Shown in pieces: positions 49,162 to 59,522 of a DNA stretch of 64,000 nucleotides. This DNA comes from Waddliaceae bacterium (lineage in GTDB: Bacteria > Chlamydiota > Chlamydiia > Chlamydiales > SLOH01), in assembly GCA_040880105.1 (NCBI GenBank), contig JBBDJA010000020.1, positions 1-64,000 of the forward strand, written 5' to 3'. The translations under genes and the position numbers were made by a program. The notes below the pieces were generated by a model that saw only the letters and a list, made by a program, of their open reading frames with translations, had not been told where the DNA came from and searched no databases. Positions within the stretch are counted from its first letter, which is position 1, and each line of letters opens with the position of its first letter.

Positions 49162-51318
49162 TTATTCAAAATAACTTTTCACATTATCAATGCGGTACTC
49201 TTCATCGCGGAAAATAAATGTCTCTCCTGTTTTAGTTCCCTTCATCGCTTGAGCCAGTTTAGACTGGTGCGAAATGATATACATTTCAGGATTGGTTTCC
49301 CAAGGACCTAAGATGGTATACGTGACATTTTCTCCTTTAGGCGTATGTATGGAAACAATTGTTCCGACGCCCGCAACGTTAGGAGTCACATCGTTTTTTG
49401 TTAGAATACGCGCTTGGTTAATTTGAGTCGAGAGCATCTTAAGTTCACTTTGAAGTCGACTGCGTTTTTCTTTCGCAGCTTTAAACTCAGCGTTTTCACG
49501 AAGGTCTCCAAGAGCCCTAGCCTCTTCAATCTCACGTGCATTCTCCACCATTTCAGTTGTGCTGATCCGCTCCATGATTGCTTTGGTTTTGTTGTACCCT
49601 TCTTCAGTTGACCATAAGATATTTTCTTCGGATACCGCTTCCCTTTCCCCTGTTTTAAGAGAAGGATGGGCAACTTCTGCAAGCGAATGTAAAATCTTCT
49701 TGTCTTGATTGGAAAAACAGTGGCATTTAGCAAAAAGAAGCAAAAATTCTTCAACAAATTCAAGCGATGCACTCTTGAATAGTTTGCGGACAAGCTCAAA
49801 ACGTTTTTGCGTAATCAGCACGACCATTTTTTTGACTAATTCTCGATGCTCAGGCTCGTCTTCAATCGATGACAGAAGAATAAGAAACGCCTCAAAAAAC
49901 AGGCACTCCCCTTGACTGTCCGAATATGGATACTTTTCGTTACCATCTTTTACAATCACGCGGAAATACCACGCCAAAAGTTCGGGATGCTCGAGCGGAT
50001 GATCTTTGAGCTTGTATAGCTCTTGCTCAAGAAGAGGAAGCGCATCATCAGTTAAAGCGTCAAGTAAGTAATCTCGAAGTGGCTTTTGTTTCAAAGTATA
50101 TAGAAGGCCGATGAAAATTTTTGCCCAGTCAGAGCGTGACTCTTTCACAAGTTTCAACGCGCGTTTTTTAAACGAGACAATCTCCATTTTTTCGATAACG
50201 GATTCGATGTTTTCAAGAGACCGGATAAACTCCTCAATTGCTTCCCCTGGTTTCTTCTCTTCGAACATCGACTCTAAGAAGATGTAAATCTGTAGCTCTT
50301 GGTCTTTGGTCAGCTCTTCATGAGAAAGAAGATCAGTCAGCTTATTTTTTAGCTCCTCTTTGGTCTCTTTATTTTTTAAGATAGAGGGTAGGTCTCGAAC
50401 AAAGCTGTACGATGTCTGGATCACATGAGCCGGAGAGTCGCTATTTTGAATCGCAATGTTTAAGCGCTCTTCGTGTGACTGCTCTTCTTTTCGGAGCTTA
50501 AAGGGGGCTTTAATGCTTTTTGGCGCTTGGATTAAAGTGTCTTTTTTTAAGCGACTCCTCGTATTTTGCCACCATTTCACCCATTCTTTTTCCGGGATCA
50601 CAAGCTCAAACAGCTCATCTTTTATTTCTTGGGCATTTTTCGGACCTAAATCATGTAAAAATTTTTGCATGATTCCAACTGGGTCTTTTTTTGCCTCTTT
50701 TTCGAGCTTATCCGGATTTGTAAATCGTAAAGAGAGGAAATGGTCACTTGGAAGGGGACGTAAATTATTGAAGGCGTTTTTGAAAGTAAAGTGACGTAGG
50801 CCCGGCACGTTTTCAAACTCAATAGCCACTTGTTCGCGAAGCGGTGAAACCTCCATGATCTCACCTGTTCCCCAACCACCAGTATGAAAGACGCAGTTGC
50901 CGACTTTAAAATGATCAAGAAGATCGTAACTGGCAAGGCAACCTTGGAAATTGAGTTTAGTTCTGAGCCCGATGAGTCTTAAGCGCTCTTTGAAGTGAGG
51001 ATCTTCTTTATATCTCTCCTTCAGCGTGTTAATCGCAATCTCTGCAAGTTCTTTAGAATTTGTTGTTTGTATGTCTAGTATGAGTTTTAGAACCCCGTAG
51101 GAGTCTTCTTTATCTGAAACCATTCCCCAGAGTGGGAGCGCCGTTTCTGCAAATGGCCCAAACAGGCTTGCAAAATCCGACTCTTTAATTACTGTAAGTA
51201 TTTGTATGAGCTCCGGTGCATTAACTGTATCGTTTGTGCAGTATTCTTCCCAGAGTTGAAAAAGTTTATTAGAATTACGGTTATTGATTTGTTTTTGAAA
51301 TTCCTCCAAATACGCCAT
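49162..51318 (-). CDS. greA: Chlamydial-type long GreA
   Basis: C-terminal ARALGDLRENAEFKAAKE and ILGPWE...ISHQSKLA; ~560-aa N-terminal extension. Confidence 0.92.
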   Translation of the reverse strand: MAYLEEFQKQINNRNSNKLFQLWEEYCTNDTVNAPELIQILTVIKESDFASLFGPFAETALPLWGMVSDKEDSYGVLKLILDIQTTNSKELAEIAINTLKERYKEDPHFKERLRLIGLRTKLNFQGCLASYDLLDHFKVGNCVFHTGGWGTGEIMEVSPLREQVAIEFENVPGLRHFTFKNAFNNLRPLPSDHFLSLRFTNPDKLEKEAKKDPVGIMQKFLHDLGPKNAQEIKDELFELVIPEKEWVKWWQNTRSRLKKDTLIQAPKSIKAPFKLRKEEQSHEERLNIAIQNSDSPAHVIQTSYSFVRDLPSILKNKETKEELKNKLTDLLSHEELTKDQELQIYIFLESMFEEKKPGEAIEEFIRSLENIESVIEKMEIVSFKKRALKLVKESRSDWAKIFIGLLYTLKQKPLRDYLLDALTDDALPLLEQELYKLKDHPLEHPELLAWYFRVIVKDGNEKYPYSDSQGECLFFEAFLILLSSIEDEPEHRELVKKMVVLITQKRFELVRKLFKSASLEFVEEFLLLFAKCHCFSNQDKKILHSLAEVAHPSLKTGEREAVSEENILWSTEEGYNKTKAIMERISTTEMVENAREIEEARALGDLRENAEFKAAKEKRSRLQSELKMLSTQINQARILTKNDVTPNVAGVGTIVSIHTPKGENVTYTILGPWETNPEMYIISHQSKLAQAMKGTKTGETFIFRDEEYRIDNVKSYFE

Positions 51319-51381
51319 ATCTTTCCTTGTAATTAAATTATCGATATAGAGTATAGCTTGATGAGCATTTTATTACAAAGT

Positions 51382-52086
51382 ATGTGGCCATTTCATAAAA
51401 AAGAGACCCTCTTTTCGAATCAACCATTTTTAGAAGGCGATCTTGCGCATATTAATATGGAAGAGACGGACCCCTACGGGTTCACACTCTTTGAACTTGC
51501 GCATTTTTTGGGAGCCTTGCCAAAAAAAAAGAGAGAGATAGAAGGAGTTTCATACTTTTCGCACCCTCGATTCTTAAATTATGCCCAATTTCAGCATGTG
51601 ATTGCTAAATCTCCTTGGTTCATTCGCAAGACCTTTTTAGGGGATGAAATGCGCGCGCTTGCCATAAAATACCAGGCGGAGCTTAAGGAGGGATGGATTG
51701 CAAATGTAGAGGTAAAGTGGATAAGTGAAGATTTAGGATTTGGTCTCTTCGCTGGAGAAGATTTGCCTAAACAGGCGTATATTGGCGAGTATACCGGGCA
51801 TGTGCAAAAGTACAACCCTTACCAACAGATCAATACTGCCTATTGCATCGCCTATCCGAAAATGCCCTGGACACTTCAAGGGTATTTGATTAATGCAGAA
51901 AAGGGGGGGAATGAGACCCGCTTTATCAATCACAACCATGAGCCCAACCTTGAAGTGACAGCTGTTTGCGATCGAGGCTTAATGCGAACCGTTTTTTTTG
52001 CAAATCAAACAGTGCATAAAGGCGAGCAGTTGACTTTTGATTATGGGAATGATTATTGGAGAAATCGAAAAGAGACCTCTATATAG
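51382..52086 (+). CDS. SET-domain protein-lysine methyltransferase
   Basis: GFGLFA, IGEYTG, GNETRFINHNHEPN, GEQLTFDYG; start uncertain (51358/51361/51382). Confidence 0.88.
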   Translation: MWPFHKKETLFSNQPFLEGDLAHINMEETDPYGFTLFELAHFLGALPKKKREIEGVSYFSHPRFLNYAQFQHVIAKSPWFIRKTFLGDEMRALAIKYQAELKEGWIANVEVKWISEDLGFGLFAGEDLPKQAYIGEYTGHVQKYNPYQQINTAYCIAYPKMPWTLQGYLINAEKGGNETRFINHNHEPNLEVTAVCDRGLMRTVFFANQTVHKGEQLTFDYGNDYWRNRKETSI

Positions 52087-52408
52087 GAAGAGTTAGAGGA
52101 CTTTTGGTTAGAAAAGGTTTGATAAAAAGTTCTTCGATTGAGTTGGGCGGTTAACAAGGCACGTGAAAGTCAGTAATGAAAATAGGTCACCTGTTTTTCA
52201 GCGTGTAACCATTTAAAGTTGGTCGCTTCACATAGGGGTTAAAATACGACTTCAATCTGAAAATCACCATACCCATAAAATTGGTTTTGTTGTAATCGCG
52301 ATGTTCTTCGAAGCCTACATTCTGTTAGGATTATATTGTCACAATAACAGGTCATCCAACGTGCACCAAATCCCAAATCTATGAAAAGAACCTCTCGTGT
52401 TAATTTTT

Positions 52409-53809
52409 TTAGGAACCTAAAAGAGAAGCATTTCTGTTAAGCTCAGATAGTAAATTATCGGAATAATCACTTATAATTTCAATAATTTCTTCAGCACTTG
52501 CTTTTCTCCATATAAATTCCTCGGATTTTCTTCTATTTTTACTTAATATCCATGTAAATACTTCAGATATATAAATTTGGTATTTAGCCTCGTTTGCAAA
52601 TGATGGACCACGCCGTATTTTTAAAGATCCCAACTTGGGCCAAAAAGATATATGATGACTTTTTTTATGCATCAGCTGATTGATTGTTTCAAAATCACGC
52701 ATTGGTAGAGGATGGGTGTCGAAGCCGATACATGTTAAAAAATCAATAGACCTACCGGTTTCTTTGTATTCATCAGCAGATGAGAAGAGTGTAACCGTTA
52801 ATTCAATGGAATCATTTTCTTGAAAAGTTTTTTGAAAGAGTTCTGCCATTTTCTTGGATTTTTGAGTATCTTCTTGATATATAGGATCAATTAAACTGAT
52901 GTTTATTTTTTTATAACCCATCTTTACAAGAGATTCTATGAACTTTATGTCATGAGCCATTCCTCCGCTAGCAAAACCGACATAATTGAGTTCGTCATCT
53001 GGAGGCAAGTCTCCTAAAAATATGTCCTCATAGTAATCTAGGTAGGTTTGTACATCTTTAAAATTGAAAACTTCACAGCGTTCGCATGTACATGAATCAA
53101 ATGTGATCTCACGGTTCACTTCTTTTGATTCGGAATGTTCGACTTGCTGGGCTGAGACATTTTCTTCGGATGCGGAAGCGCTTTGATTTTGGCGTAAAAG
53201 GAGCTGACGTAATGCATTAGTTGTTTTTAATTCATGTTTTACTTCTCGTACTGTTTGGGTTTCGTAACCCCTCCTGTCTTCGGGGCGAGGCGGCTCTTTT
53301 GCGTCGGGGTCGTCAAGTGAATTGTCTGAACTACTCTCTTCGGTTGTGGGAGGGTGTTGAGCATTGTATAATTGGGGATTAGAGCAAGAGTGTCTTGGTT
53401 TTGTTTGGGGATGCACATAGGAAAAATACTTAATTTCAGAAGACTCCTCTGATTCGGGGTCATCAAATGGAACACATGCTGTACCCTGAAATTCTCGATG
53501 CCATAGTTTTCCTTGTGATTTGAGACCGGGCAGATCGTCAGAATAATAATCCTCCTCTGATGCGGAGTCAGTAATGGAGCCTCGTCTTTCTTGAAAGTAA
53601 TCAGGTTCGTTTGATTCAACGACTTGGGGCTTCATCGGAATTTCTTTTGTTGCAAATAGAGAAGAAAAAAATCTTCCAATCGCTGAAAATAGACGACGAA
53701 TCACACGTTTGATTTTTTGGATTAAGGAGGAGGGTTGCTCGAGTTCACTTCTGTTTGAAGGCTGAATTGGAGGATGTGTGTGTGTAGATAATGTGATATT
53801 TGTTGACAC
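52409..53809 (-). CDS. Orphan effector-like protein with low-complexity N-half and possible Rossmann/methyltransferase-like C-domain
   Basis: 466-aa ORF, GTG start, S/E/P-rich N-half, CTCERC, YVGFASGG and ISLIDP. Confidence 0.65.
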   Translation of the reverse strand: MSTNITLSTHTHPPIQPSNRSELEQPSSLIQKIKRVIRRLFSAIGRFFSSLFATKEIPMKPQVVESNEPDYFQERRGSITDSASEEDYYSDDLPGLKSQGKLWHREFQGTACVPFDDPESEESSEIKYFSYVHPQTKPRHSCSNPQLYNAQHPPTTEESSSDNSLDDPDAKEPPRPEDRRGYETQTVREVKHELKTTNALRQLLLRQNQSASASEENVSAQQVEHSESKEVNREITFDSCTCERCEVFNFKDVQTYLDYYEDIFLGDLPPDDELNYVGFASGGMAHDIKFIESLVKMGYKKINISLIDPIYQEDTQKSKKMAELFQKTFQENDSIELTVTLFSSADEYKETGRSIDFLTCIGFDTHPLPMRDFETINQLMHKKSHHISFWPKLGSLKIRRGPSFANEAKYQIYISEVFTWILSKNRRKSEEFIWRKASAEEIIEIISDYSDNLLSELNRNASLLGS

Positions 53810-54021
53810 ATTGCTGCCTTGTTTAGTTTATTAAATTTTAACTGATAAATGTTAATGTGGTATTAAGATGGTTTTTTGTTTTTTTTGTTAATATTTATTT
53901 GTCGTTTTTGTTTAATTTGATGTTTTTATTTGTCAGTAATTAATTTTTCTTATAGAACCCTGGAGTTTAACTAGGTCTTTGTGTTAAATTGATAGGGAAA
54001 TTTAGAAAAAAGAGCGGTTTT

Positions 54022-55449
54022 ATGACAGTTGCCGAGCAGCAAGAGTACAAGTACGGTTTTGTGACCGAGGTGGAAACAGACCGGATTGCAAAAGGACTTT
54101 CTGAAGATGTGATCCGTATCATTTCAGAGAAGAAGAATGAGCCGGACTTTATGCTACAGTTTCGATTGAAGGCGTATCGCAAGTGGCTTGAGATGGACGA
54201 GCCCGATTGGTCGAATGTGAATTACCCCCCGATTGATTACCAAAACATCTGCTACTATTCAGCTCCAAAAAAGAAACCGAAGCTCGGAAGTCTTGATGAA
54301 GTCGATCCTGAGGTTTTACGTACATTTGAAAAGCTTGGGATTCCCCTCGATGAACAAAAGCTCTTAAGTAATGTTGCTGTTGATATGGTGTTTGATTCTG
54401 TTTCAATCGGCACAACATTTAAGCAAAAGCTTGTAGATGCGGGCGTGGTTCTCTGTTCGATTACCGAAGCGGTCGAAAAATACCCGGAGATGGTAGAGAA
54501 ATATTTAGGTAGTGTAGTTCCGATCGGAGATAATTACTTTGCAGCTCTTAATTCAGCTGTGTTTACCGATGGCTCTTTTGTCTATGTTCCTAAGGGTGTC
54601 AAGTGCCCGATGGAGCTTTCGACTTACTTTAGAATTAATGACCAAGAGTCCGGGCAATTTGAGCGGACATTGATTGTTGCAGAAGAAGGGTCGTCTGTGA
54701 GTTATCTCGAGGGTTGTACTGCGCCTGCTTACGACACAAACCAGTTGCATGCAGCCGTTGTTGAGCTGATTGCGATGGACCATGCAGAGATTAAATACTC
54801 GACTGTACAGAATTGGTATTCCGGCGACCCTAAGACAGGAAAAGGCGGGATTTACAACTTTGTGACCAAACGCGGAAAGTGTCAAGGAGTCTACTCTAAG
54901 ATTACTTGGACGCAAGTGGAGGTCGGGGCGGCGATTACATGGAAATATCCCAGCTGCATTTTACAAGGCGATCATTCGATCGGTGAATTTTACTCTGTCG
55001 CGCTCACAAATGGATCGATGCAGGCCGACACCGGCACAAAAATGATCCACTTGGGAAAAAATACAAAATCGACAATTATCACAAAGGGAATCTCGGCAGA
55101 CACATCGCATAACAGTTATCGCGGTCTTGTGAAAGTGGCCCCTCGCGCAACAGGAGCTAGAAACTATACGCAGTGCGACTCAATGCTTGTGGGAAATCGA
55201 TGCTCGGCAAACACCTTCCCCTATATAGAAGCGGGAAATGGGTCAAGCAGCATCGAACACGAGGCGTCAACGTCAAAAATGAATGAAGAGCAGCTCTTTT
55301 ATTTCCAGTCGCGCGGGATCTCTTTAGAAGATGCGATCAATATGGTCGTTAACGGATTTTGTAAAGAGGTCATCTCGGAGCTTCCTCTTGAATTTGCTGC
55401 GGAAGCGAAGAAGCTGCTAACTTTAAAACTTGAACATTCGGTAGGTTAA
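54022..55449 (+). CDS. sufB: Fe-S cluster assembly protein SufB
   Basis: [29 protein letters not shown]. Confidence 0.97.
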   Translation: MTVAEQQEYKYGFVTEVETDRIAKGLSEDVIRIISEKKNEPDFMLQFRLKAYRKWLEMDEPDWSNVNYPPIDYQNICYYSAPKKKPKLGSLDEVDPEVLRTFEKLGIPLDEQKLLSNVAVDMVFDSVSIGTTFKQKLVDAGVVLCSITEAVEKYPEMVEKYLGSVVPIGDNYFAALNSAVFTDGSFVYVPKGVKCPMELSTYFRINDQESGQFERTLIVAEEGSSVSYLEGCTAPAYDTNQLHAAVVELIAMDHAEIKYSTVQNWYSGDPKTGKGGIYNFVTKRGKCQGVYSKITWTQVEVGAAITWKYPSCILQGDHSIGEFYSVALTNGSMQADTGTKMIHLGKNTKSTIITKGISADTSHNSYRGLVKVAPRATGARNYTQCDSMLVGNRCSANTFPYIEAGNGSSSIEHEASTSKMNEEQLFYFQSRGISLEDAINMVVNGFCKEVISELPLEFAAEAKKLLTLKLEHSVG

Positions 55450-55451
55450 TC

Positions 55452-56198
55452 ATGTTAAAAATAGAAAATCTTCATGTTTCAATTGAAGGCAAGCCACTGA
55501 TTCAGGGTTTGAATTTGGTTGTCAATCCAGGTGAAATACATGCGATTATGGGTCCGAATGGAGCTGGAAAATCCACACTTGCAAAAGTGATTGCCGGTCA
55601 TCCCGCATATGAAATTGATGAGGGTGAAATCCTCTTCCAAGGAGAAGATATCGCTGAAATGGAGCCGGAAGCGCGCGCGTGCTTAGGCCTTTTTATGAGT
55701 TTTCAGTACCCGGTTGAGATTAGCGGAGTGAGCAATTTGCAATTCTTGCACTTGGCGCTTAACTCTCAGAGAAAAGCGCAAGGAAAAGAGGAGCTTTCAA
55801 TGGATGCATTTGAAAAGTTTCTCGATGAAAAGATGAAGATGATGGAGATTCGCCCGGAATTTAAACATCGAAGTCTAAATGAGGGGTTCTCCGGCGGTGA
55901 AAAGAAACGCAATGAAATCTTGCAGATGGCAGTTCTCGATCCTAAGATGGCGATTTTAGATGAAACAGACTCCGGTTTGGATATCGATGCGATGAAAGTG
56001 GTTGCGCAAGGGGTGAATCAAATTAAAAATTCCGAAATGGGTCTTGTCTTGATCACGCACTATCAGCGTTTGCTCGATTACATTAAGCCAGACTTTGTAC
56101 ATGTAATGATGAATGGAAAAATTGTTCAAACGGGAGATGCAGATCTTGCCTTAAAGCTTGAAGAGCAAGGATACGACTGGCTGGAGAAAATGGCATGA
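55452..56198 (+). CDS. sufC: Fe-S cluster assembly ATPase SufC
   Basis: GPNGAGKS, FSGGEKKRNEILQ, DETDSGLDID. Confidence 0.97.
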   Translation: MLKIENLHVSIEGKPLIQGLNLVVNPGEIHAIMGPNGAGKSTLAKVIAGHPAYEIDEGEILFQGEDIAEMEPEARACLGLFMSFQYPVEISGVSNLQFLHLALNSQRKAQGKEELSMDAFEKFLDEKMKMMEIRPEFKHRSLNEGFSGGEKKRNEILQMAVLDPKMAILDETDSGLDIDAMKVVAQGVNQIKNSEMGLVLITHYQRLLDYIKPDFVHVMMNGKIVQTGDADLALKLEEQGYDWLEKMA

Positions 56199-57415
56199 CA
56201 CTATTAGATCGTTTAGGAGAGGTAAAAGAGCAACAGCGAAGCTCATCTTTGCAAGAAGAGGCTTGGCAGCAATTTTTAAAGTGCGGCCTGCCGACCAAAA
56301 AGCATGAACAGTATCGCTATTTGAAGCTGCGAGATCTCTACGAAAGACCGTACAGTTTGAATTCTATCGAAACGCCTCCTTTTTCTAAGATCGAATCTCA
56401 CATTCTCCCTGAATGCAAGGAGAGGTGCCTTGTCTTTATTAATGGCAGCTTTTGCCGCGAATATTCCACATCCGAGGGAATTGACGTGCAGTCTCTTCAA
56501 GAGGGGTATCAAACCTACGGCTCTTTCCTGCAGTCACAAGGGCGGCAGGAGATCAAAAAAGAGCGCGACCCGTTTTTGCTTTTAAGCGGTGCCCTGAATC
56601 GCGACGGGATCTTTCTTTACATCTCTCCGAACCAAACGATTGAATCTCCGATACAAATCCTACATTTTTCTGACGGAAGCGGGCTTTCATTTCCTTGTAT
56701 TCATCTCTTTGCCGGGAAGCAGGCGCGTGCGACTGTCGTGACGACTCAAGCCGGAGAGAATCGAGGCTTAATCAATCAATCTGAGCATTTATACTTAGAA
56801 GAGGGCGCAGACATCAGCCTCATTCAATCTGCGCCGAACCATTCATCTAGCGGCTGGCTATTTGAAGGGTTGCGGGCTCAGCTTAAAAAAGAGAGTCGAC
56901 TGAATGTCATTTCCGCATCTAATGGAGCAAAGACAGTGCGCTATGATTACAAGGTTGCATTGAACGGAGAAAACGCGTCAGCGTCGCTTCAGGGAGCTTG
57001 GATATTGACAGAGCAGCGCGAGGCGCATGTTAATGTACTTATCGAGCATAATGCTCCTGAAACGCACTCTAATCAACTATTTAAAGGGATACTATACGAT
57101 CACAGCCGGTCAAGCTTTGAGGGTAAACTGTTAGTAGACTCCATTGCTCAAAAGACTGAGGCGTATCAACTCAACAATAATCTTTTACTTAGCGACCATG
57201 CGCTTGCCTACAGCAAGCCGAATTTAGAGATTTTTGCAGATGATGTCAAAGCGTCTCACGGCGCGACAGTCGGACAGCTCGATGCGGATGGCCTATTTTA
57301 TTTAAGATCTAGAGGGGTGACAGAAAAAGAGGCCGCTACACTCTTGACACAAGGGTTTTATCAAGAAGTGACCAACCAAATTCCAATTGAATCTTTGCGA
57401 AGACAATGGCAGTAG
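56195..57415 (+). CDS. sufD: Fe-S cluster assembly protein SufD
   Basis: KPNLEIFADDVKASHGATVG, FYLRSRG. Confidence 0.95.
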   Translation: MTLLDRLGEVKEQQRSSSLQEEAWQQFLKCGLPTKKHEQYRYLKLRDLYERPYSLNSIETPPFSKIESHILPECKERCLVFINGSFCREYSTSEGIDVQSLQEGYQTYGSFLQSQGRQEIKKERDPFLLLSGALNRDGIFLYISPNQTIESPIQILHFSDGSGLSFPCIHLFAGKQARATVVTTQAGENRGLINQSEHLYLEEGADISLIQSAPNHSSSGWLFEGLRAQLKKESRLNVISASNGAKTVRYDYKVALNGENASASLQGAWILTEQREAHVNVLIEHNAPETHSNQLFKGILYDHSRSSFEGKLLVDSIAQKTEAYQLNNNLLLSDHALAYSKPNLEIFADDVKASHGATVGQLDADGLFYLRSRGVTEKEAATLLTQGFYQEVTNQIPIESLRRQWQ

Positions 57416-58572
57416 ACTCTTTCCCAATGAAAAAAGAGGGGCTTGTCTACCTCGATTCAGCAGCGACAACCCTCAAGCCAACGTGTGTCATTGATGCAGT
57501 CCGTGATTTTTACTCGAAAGAGTATGGGACTGTCCACCGCGCGATTTACGATCTTTCCATGAATGCGACAACACAATATGACGCTGTTAGATCAAAAGTG
57601 CAAAAATTTTTAAACGCGCAAGACAGCTGTGAAATTATATTTACAAGCGGCACCACTGAGAGCATCAATCTTGTCGCACACTCATTTGGAGAGGCTTTTA
57701 TTCAAAAAGGGGATGTGATTTTAGTCACAGAACTTGAGCATCACTCAAATATTGTCCCTTGGCAGCTTCTGTGCGAACGCACAGGCGCTCAAATAAAAGT
57801 TATACCGGCGACAGAGGATGGCGAGCTTGATCTAAACGCATATGCAGAGCTTTTAACAGATCAAGTCAAACTTGTCTCCGTGGCTCATATCTCAAACGCC
57901 ATCGGCACGATTCATCCGATTGAAAAGATAATCAAGATGGCGCATGCAATGGGCGCAAAGGTCCTCATAGATGGCGCTCAAGCAGCTCCCCACCTACACA
58001 TTGATGTAAGAGCGCTCGATGCAGATTTTTATGCGTTCTCAGGTCATAAAGTCTACGGCCCGACAGGTGTTGGGGTTCTCTATGGAAAAAGAGAGTTACT
58101 AGAGGCCATGCCCCCCTTTATGGGCGGCGGAGATATGATTAAGACTGTCTCGTTTAGTAAGACGACGTTTGCAGATCTTCCGATGAAATTTGAGGCCGGA
58201 ACCCCACCTATTGCAGAGGTGATTGGACTTGGCGCTGCGCTTGATTTTCTCGAGAGACAAAAGCCTGTGACCCTGCAAAATCTTTTACTGGACCGACTTT
58301 CCCGTTTAGATAAAGTTAAGATTATCGGCCGACCGGCGAATCGAGGACCGATCGTTAGTTTCGTTGTGGATGGGCTCCATCCTCTTGATATCGGTACCAT
58401 GCTCAATCTCAAAGGCATTGCAATCCGTACAGGCCACCACTGCGCGCAGCCTGCAATGGAACATTTTTGTATCCAAGGGTGCGCTAGAGCCTCTTTGGGG
58501 GTTTACAATACCGAAGATGAGATTGAATATTTTACTCGTTCATTAGAGAGCGTAATAAAAAAGCTATGTTAG
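57406..58572 (+). CDS. sufS: Cysteine desulfurase SufS
   Basis: YLDSAAT, FSGHK, RTGHHCAQP. Confidence 0.96.
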   Translation: MAVDSFPMKKEGLVYLDSAATTLKPTCVIDAVRDFYSKEYGTVHRAIYDLSMNATTQYDAVRSKVQKFLNAQDSCEIIFTSGTTESINLVAHSFGEAFIQKGDVILVTELEHHSNIVPWQLLCERTGAQIKVIPATEDGELDLNAYAELLTDQVKLVSVAHISNAIGTIHPIEKIIKMAHAMGAKVLIDGAQAAPHLHIDVRALDADFYAFSGHKVYGPTGVGVLYGKRELLEAMPPFMGGGDMIKTVSFSKTTFADLPMKFEAGTPPIAEVIGLGAALDFLERQKPVTLQNLLLDRLSRLDKVKIIGRPANRGPIVSFVVDGLHPLDIGTMLNLKGIAIRTGHHCAQPAMEHFCIQGCARASLGVYNTEDEIEYFTRSLESVIKKLC

Positions 58573-59468
58573 TCTCTTTAGAGCAAGCTGCTTTGCAACT
58601 TAAAAGTGGAGAGCTTGTCTCTCTTCCGACCGAGACTGTCTATGGGCTTGCCGCTTGTATCGATCTCCCGGATGCAATTGAGAATATTTTCACTTTAAAA
58701 AAGCGGCCGCAAGACAACCCGTTAATTGTTCATGTAGCAACACTTTCACAAATGATTGCTTTAGTCGAAAACTTCCCTCCACATTTCACTGATCTTGCCG
58801 AAAAGTTTTGGCCGGGGCCGCTCTCGTTTGTTTTAACTGCAAAACATGTTCCCGAACAAGTAAGAGCCGGGCTACTCACTGTATGTGTGCGGATGCCGGA
58901 TCATCCACTTACTTTAAGTGTAATCGAAAAAGTCGGACCGATCGTCATGCCATCGGCAAATCTCTCCGGAAAGCCTTCTGCGACAACTCCCGCTCATGTA
59001 GAAGAGGATTTTGGAAAGAGTTTTCCTGTCCTTGATGGGGGGGGGTGCGAAAAGGGGATTGAGTCGACGATCCTTGGCTATTTCGAGGGGCAATGGAGAG
59101 TCTTGCGGCTGGGCTCGATCCCTCCGGAGGCGTTTTCGCCTATCTTAGGCTACGAACCCACTCTTTCCGATCGGATTGTGACCCCTGGGCAAAAACATCG
59201 CCACTACTCCCCAAGCGCCCGTTTATCTCTAGGAAATAGACCCTCTTGCACTGTTGTCGTCGGATACACCGATCGTAAATATCCCGGTCAACGACTCTTT
59301 GCGCTGGGGTCGTCTCAAAATCCGTCTGAAGTGTCTCATCATCTCTATCAGGTCTTAAGACGTCTTGATCAGGAGGGGGTGGTAGAGGCGTGTGTCGATA
59401 TCGATGTTCCAAAGGATGGACTTTGGAAATCGATCCTTGAAAGGCTAGAACGCGCAAGCGAAGAATAA
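58566..59468 (+). CDS. sua5: Threonylcarbamoyl-AMP synthase (Sua5)
   Basis: PTETVYGL, KKRPQDNPLIVH, PSANLSG, PGQKHRHYSP. Confidence 0.94.
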   Translation: MLVSLEQAALQLKSGELVSLPTETVYGLAACIDLPDAIENIFTLKKRPQDNPLIVHVATLSQMIALVENFPPHFTDLAEKFWPGPLSFVLTAKHVPEQVRAGLLTVCVRMPDHPLTLSVIEKVGPIVMPSANLSGKPSATTPAHVEEDFGKSFPVLDGGGCEKGIESTILGYFEGQWRVLRLGSIPPEAFSPILGYEPTLSDRIVTPGQKHRHYSPSARLSLGNRPSCTVVVGYTDRKYPGQRLFALGSSQNPSEVSHHLYQVLRRLDQEGVVEACVDIDVPKDGLWKSILERLERASEE

Positions 59469-59480
59469 ATCTCTATTTTT

Positions 59481-59505
59481 AAGAGGCAGCAAGCCGCTGC
59501 CTCTT
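59481..59505. terminator. Probable bidirectional intrinsic terminator
   Basis: AAGAGGCAGC-aagcc-GCTGCCTCTT, perfect 10-bp stem between convergent genes. Confidence 0.75.
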
Positions 59506-59522
59506 ATCATTTTCAGCAATGA

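Noticed and set aside
49162..51318. Very long GreA as a novelty
   Set aside because: Known chlamydial architecture
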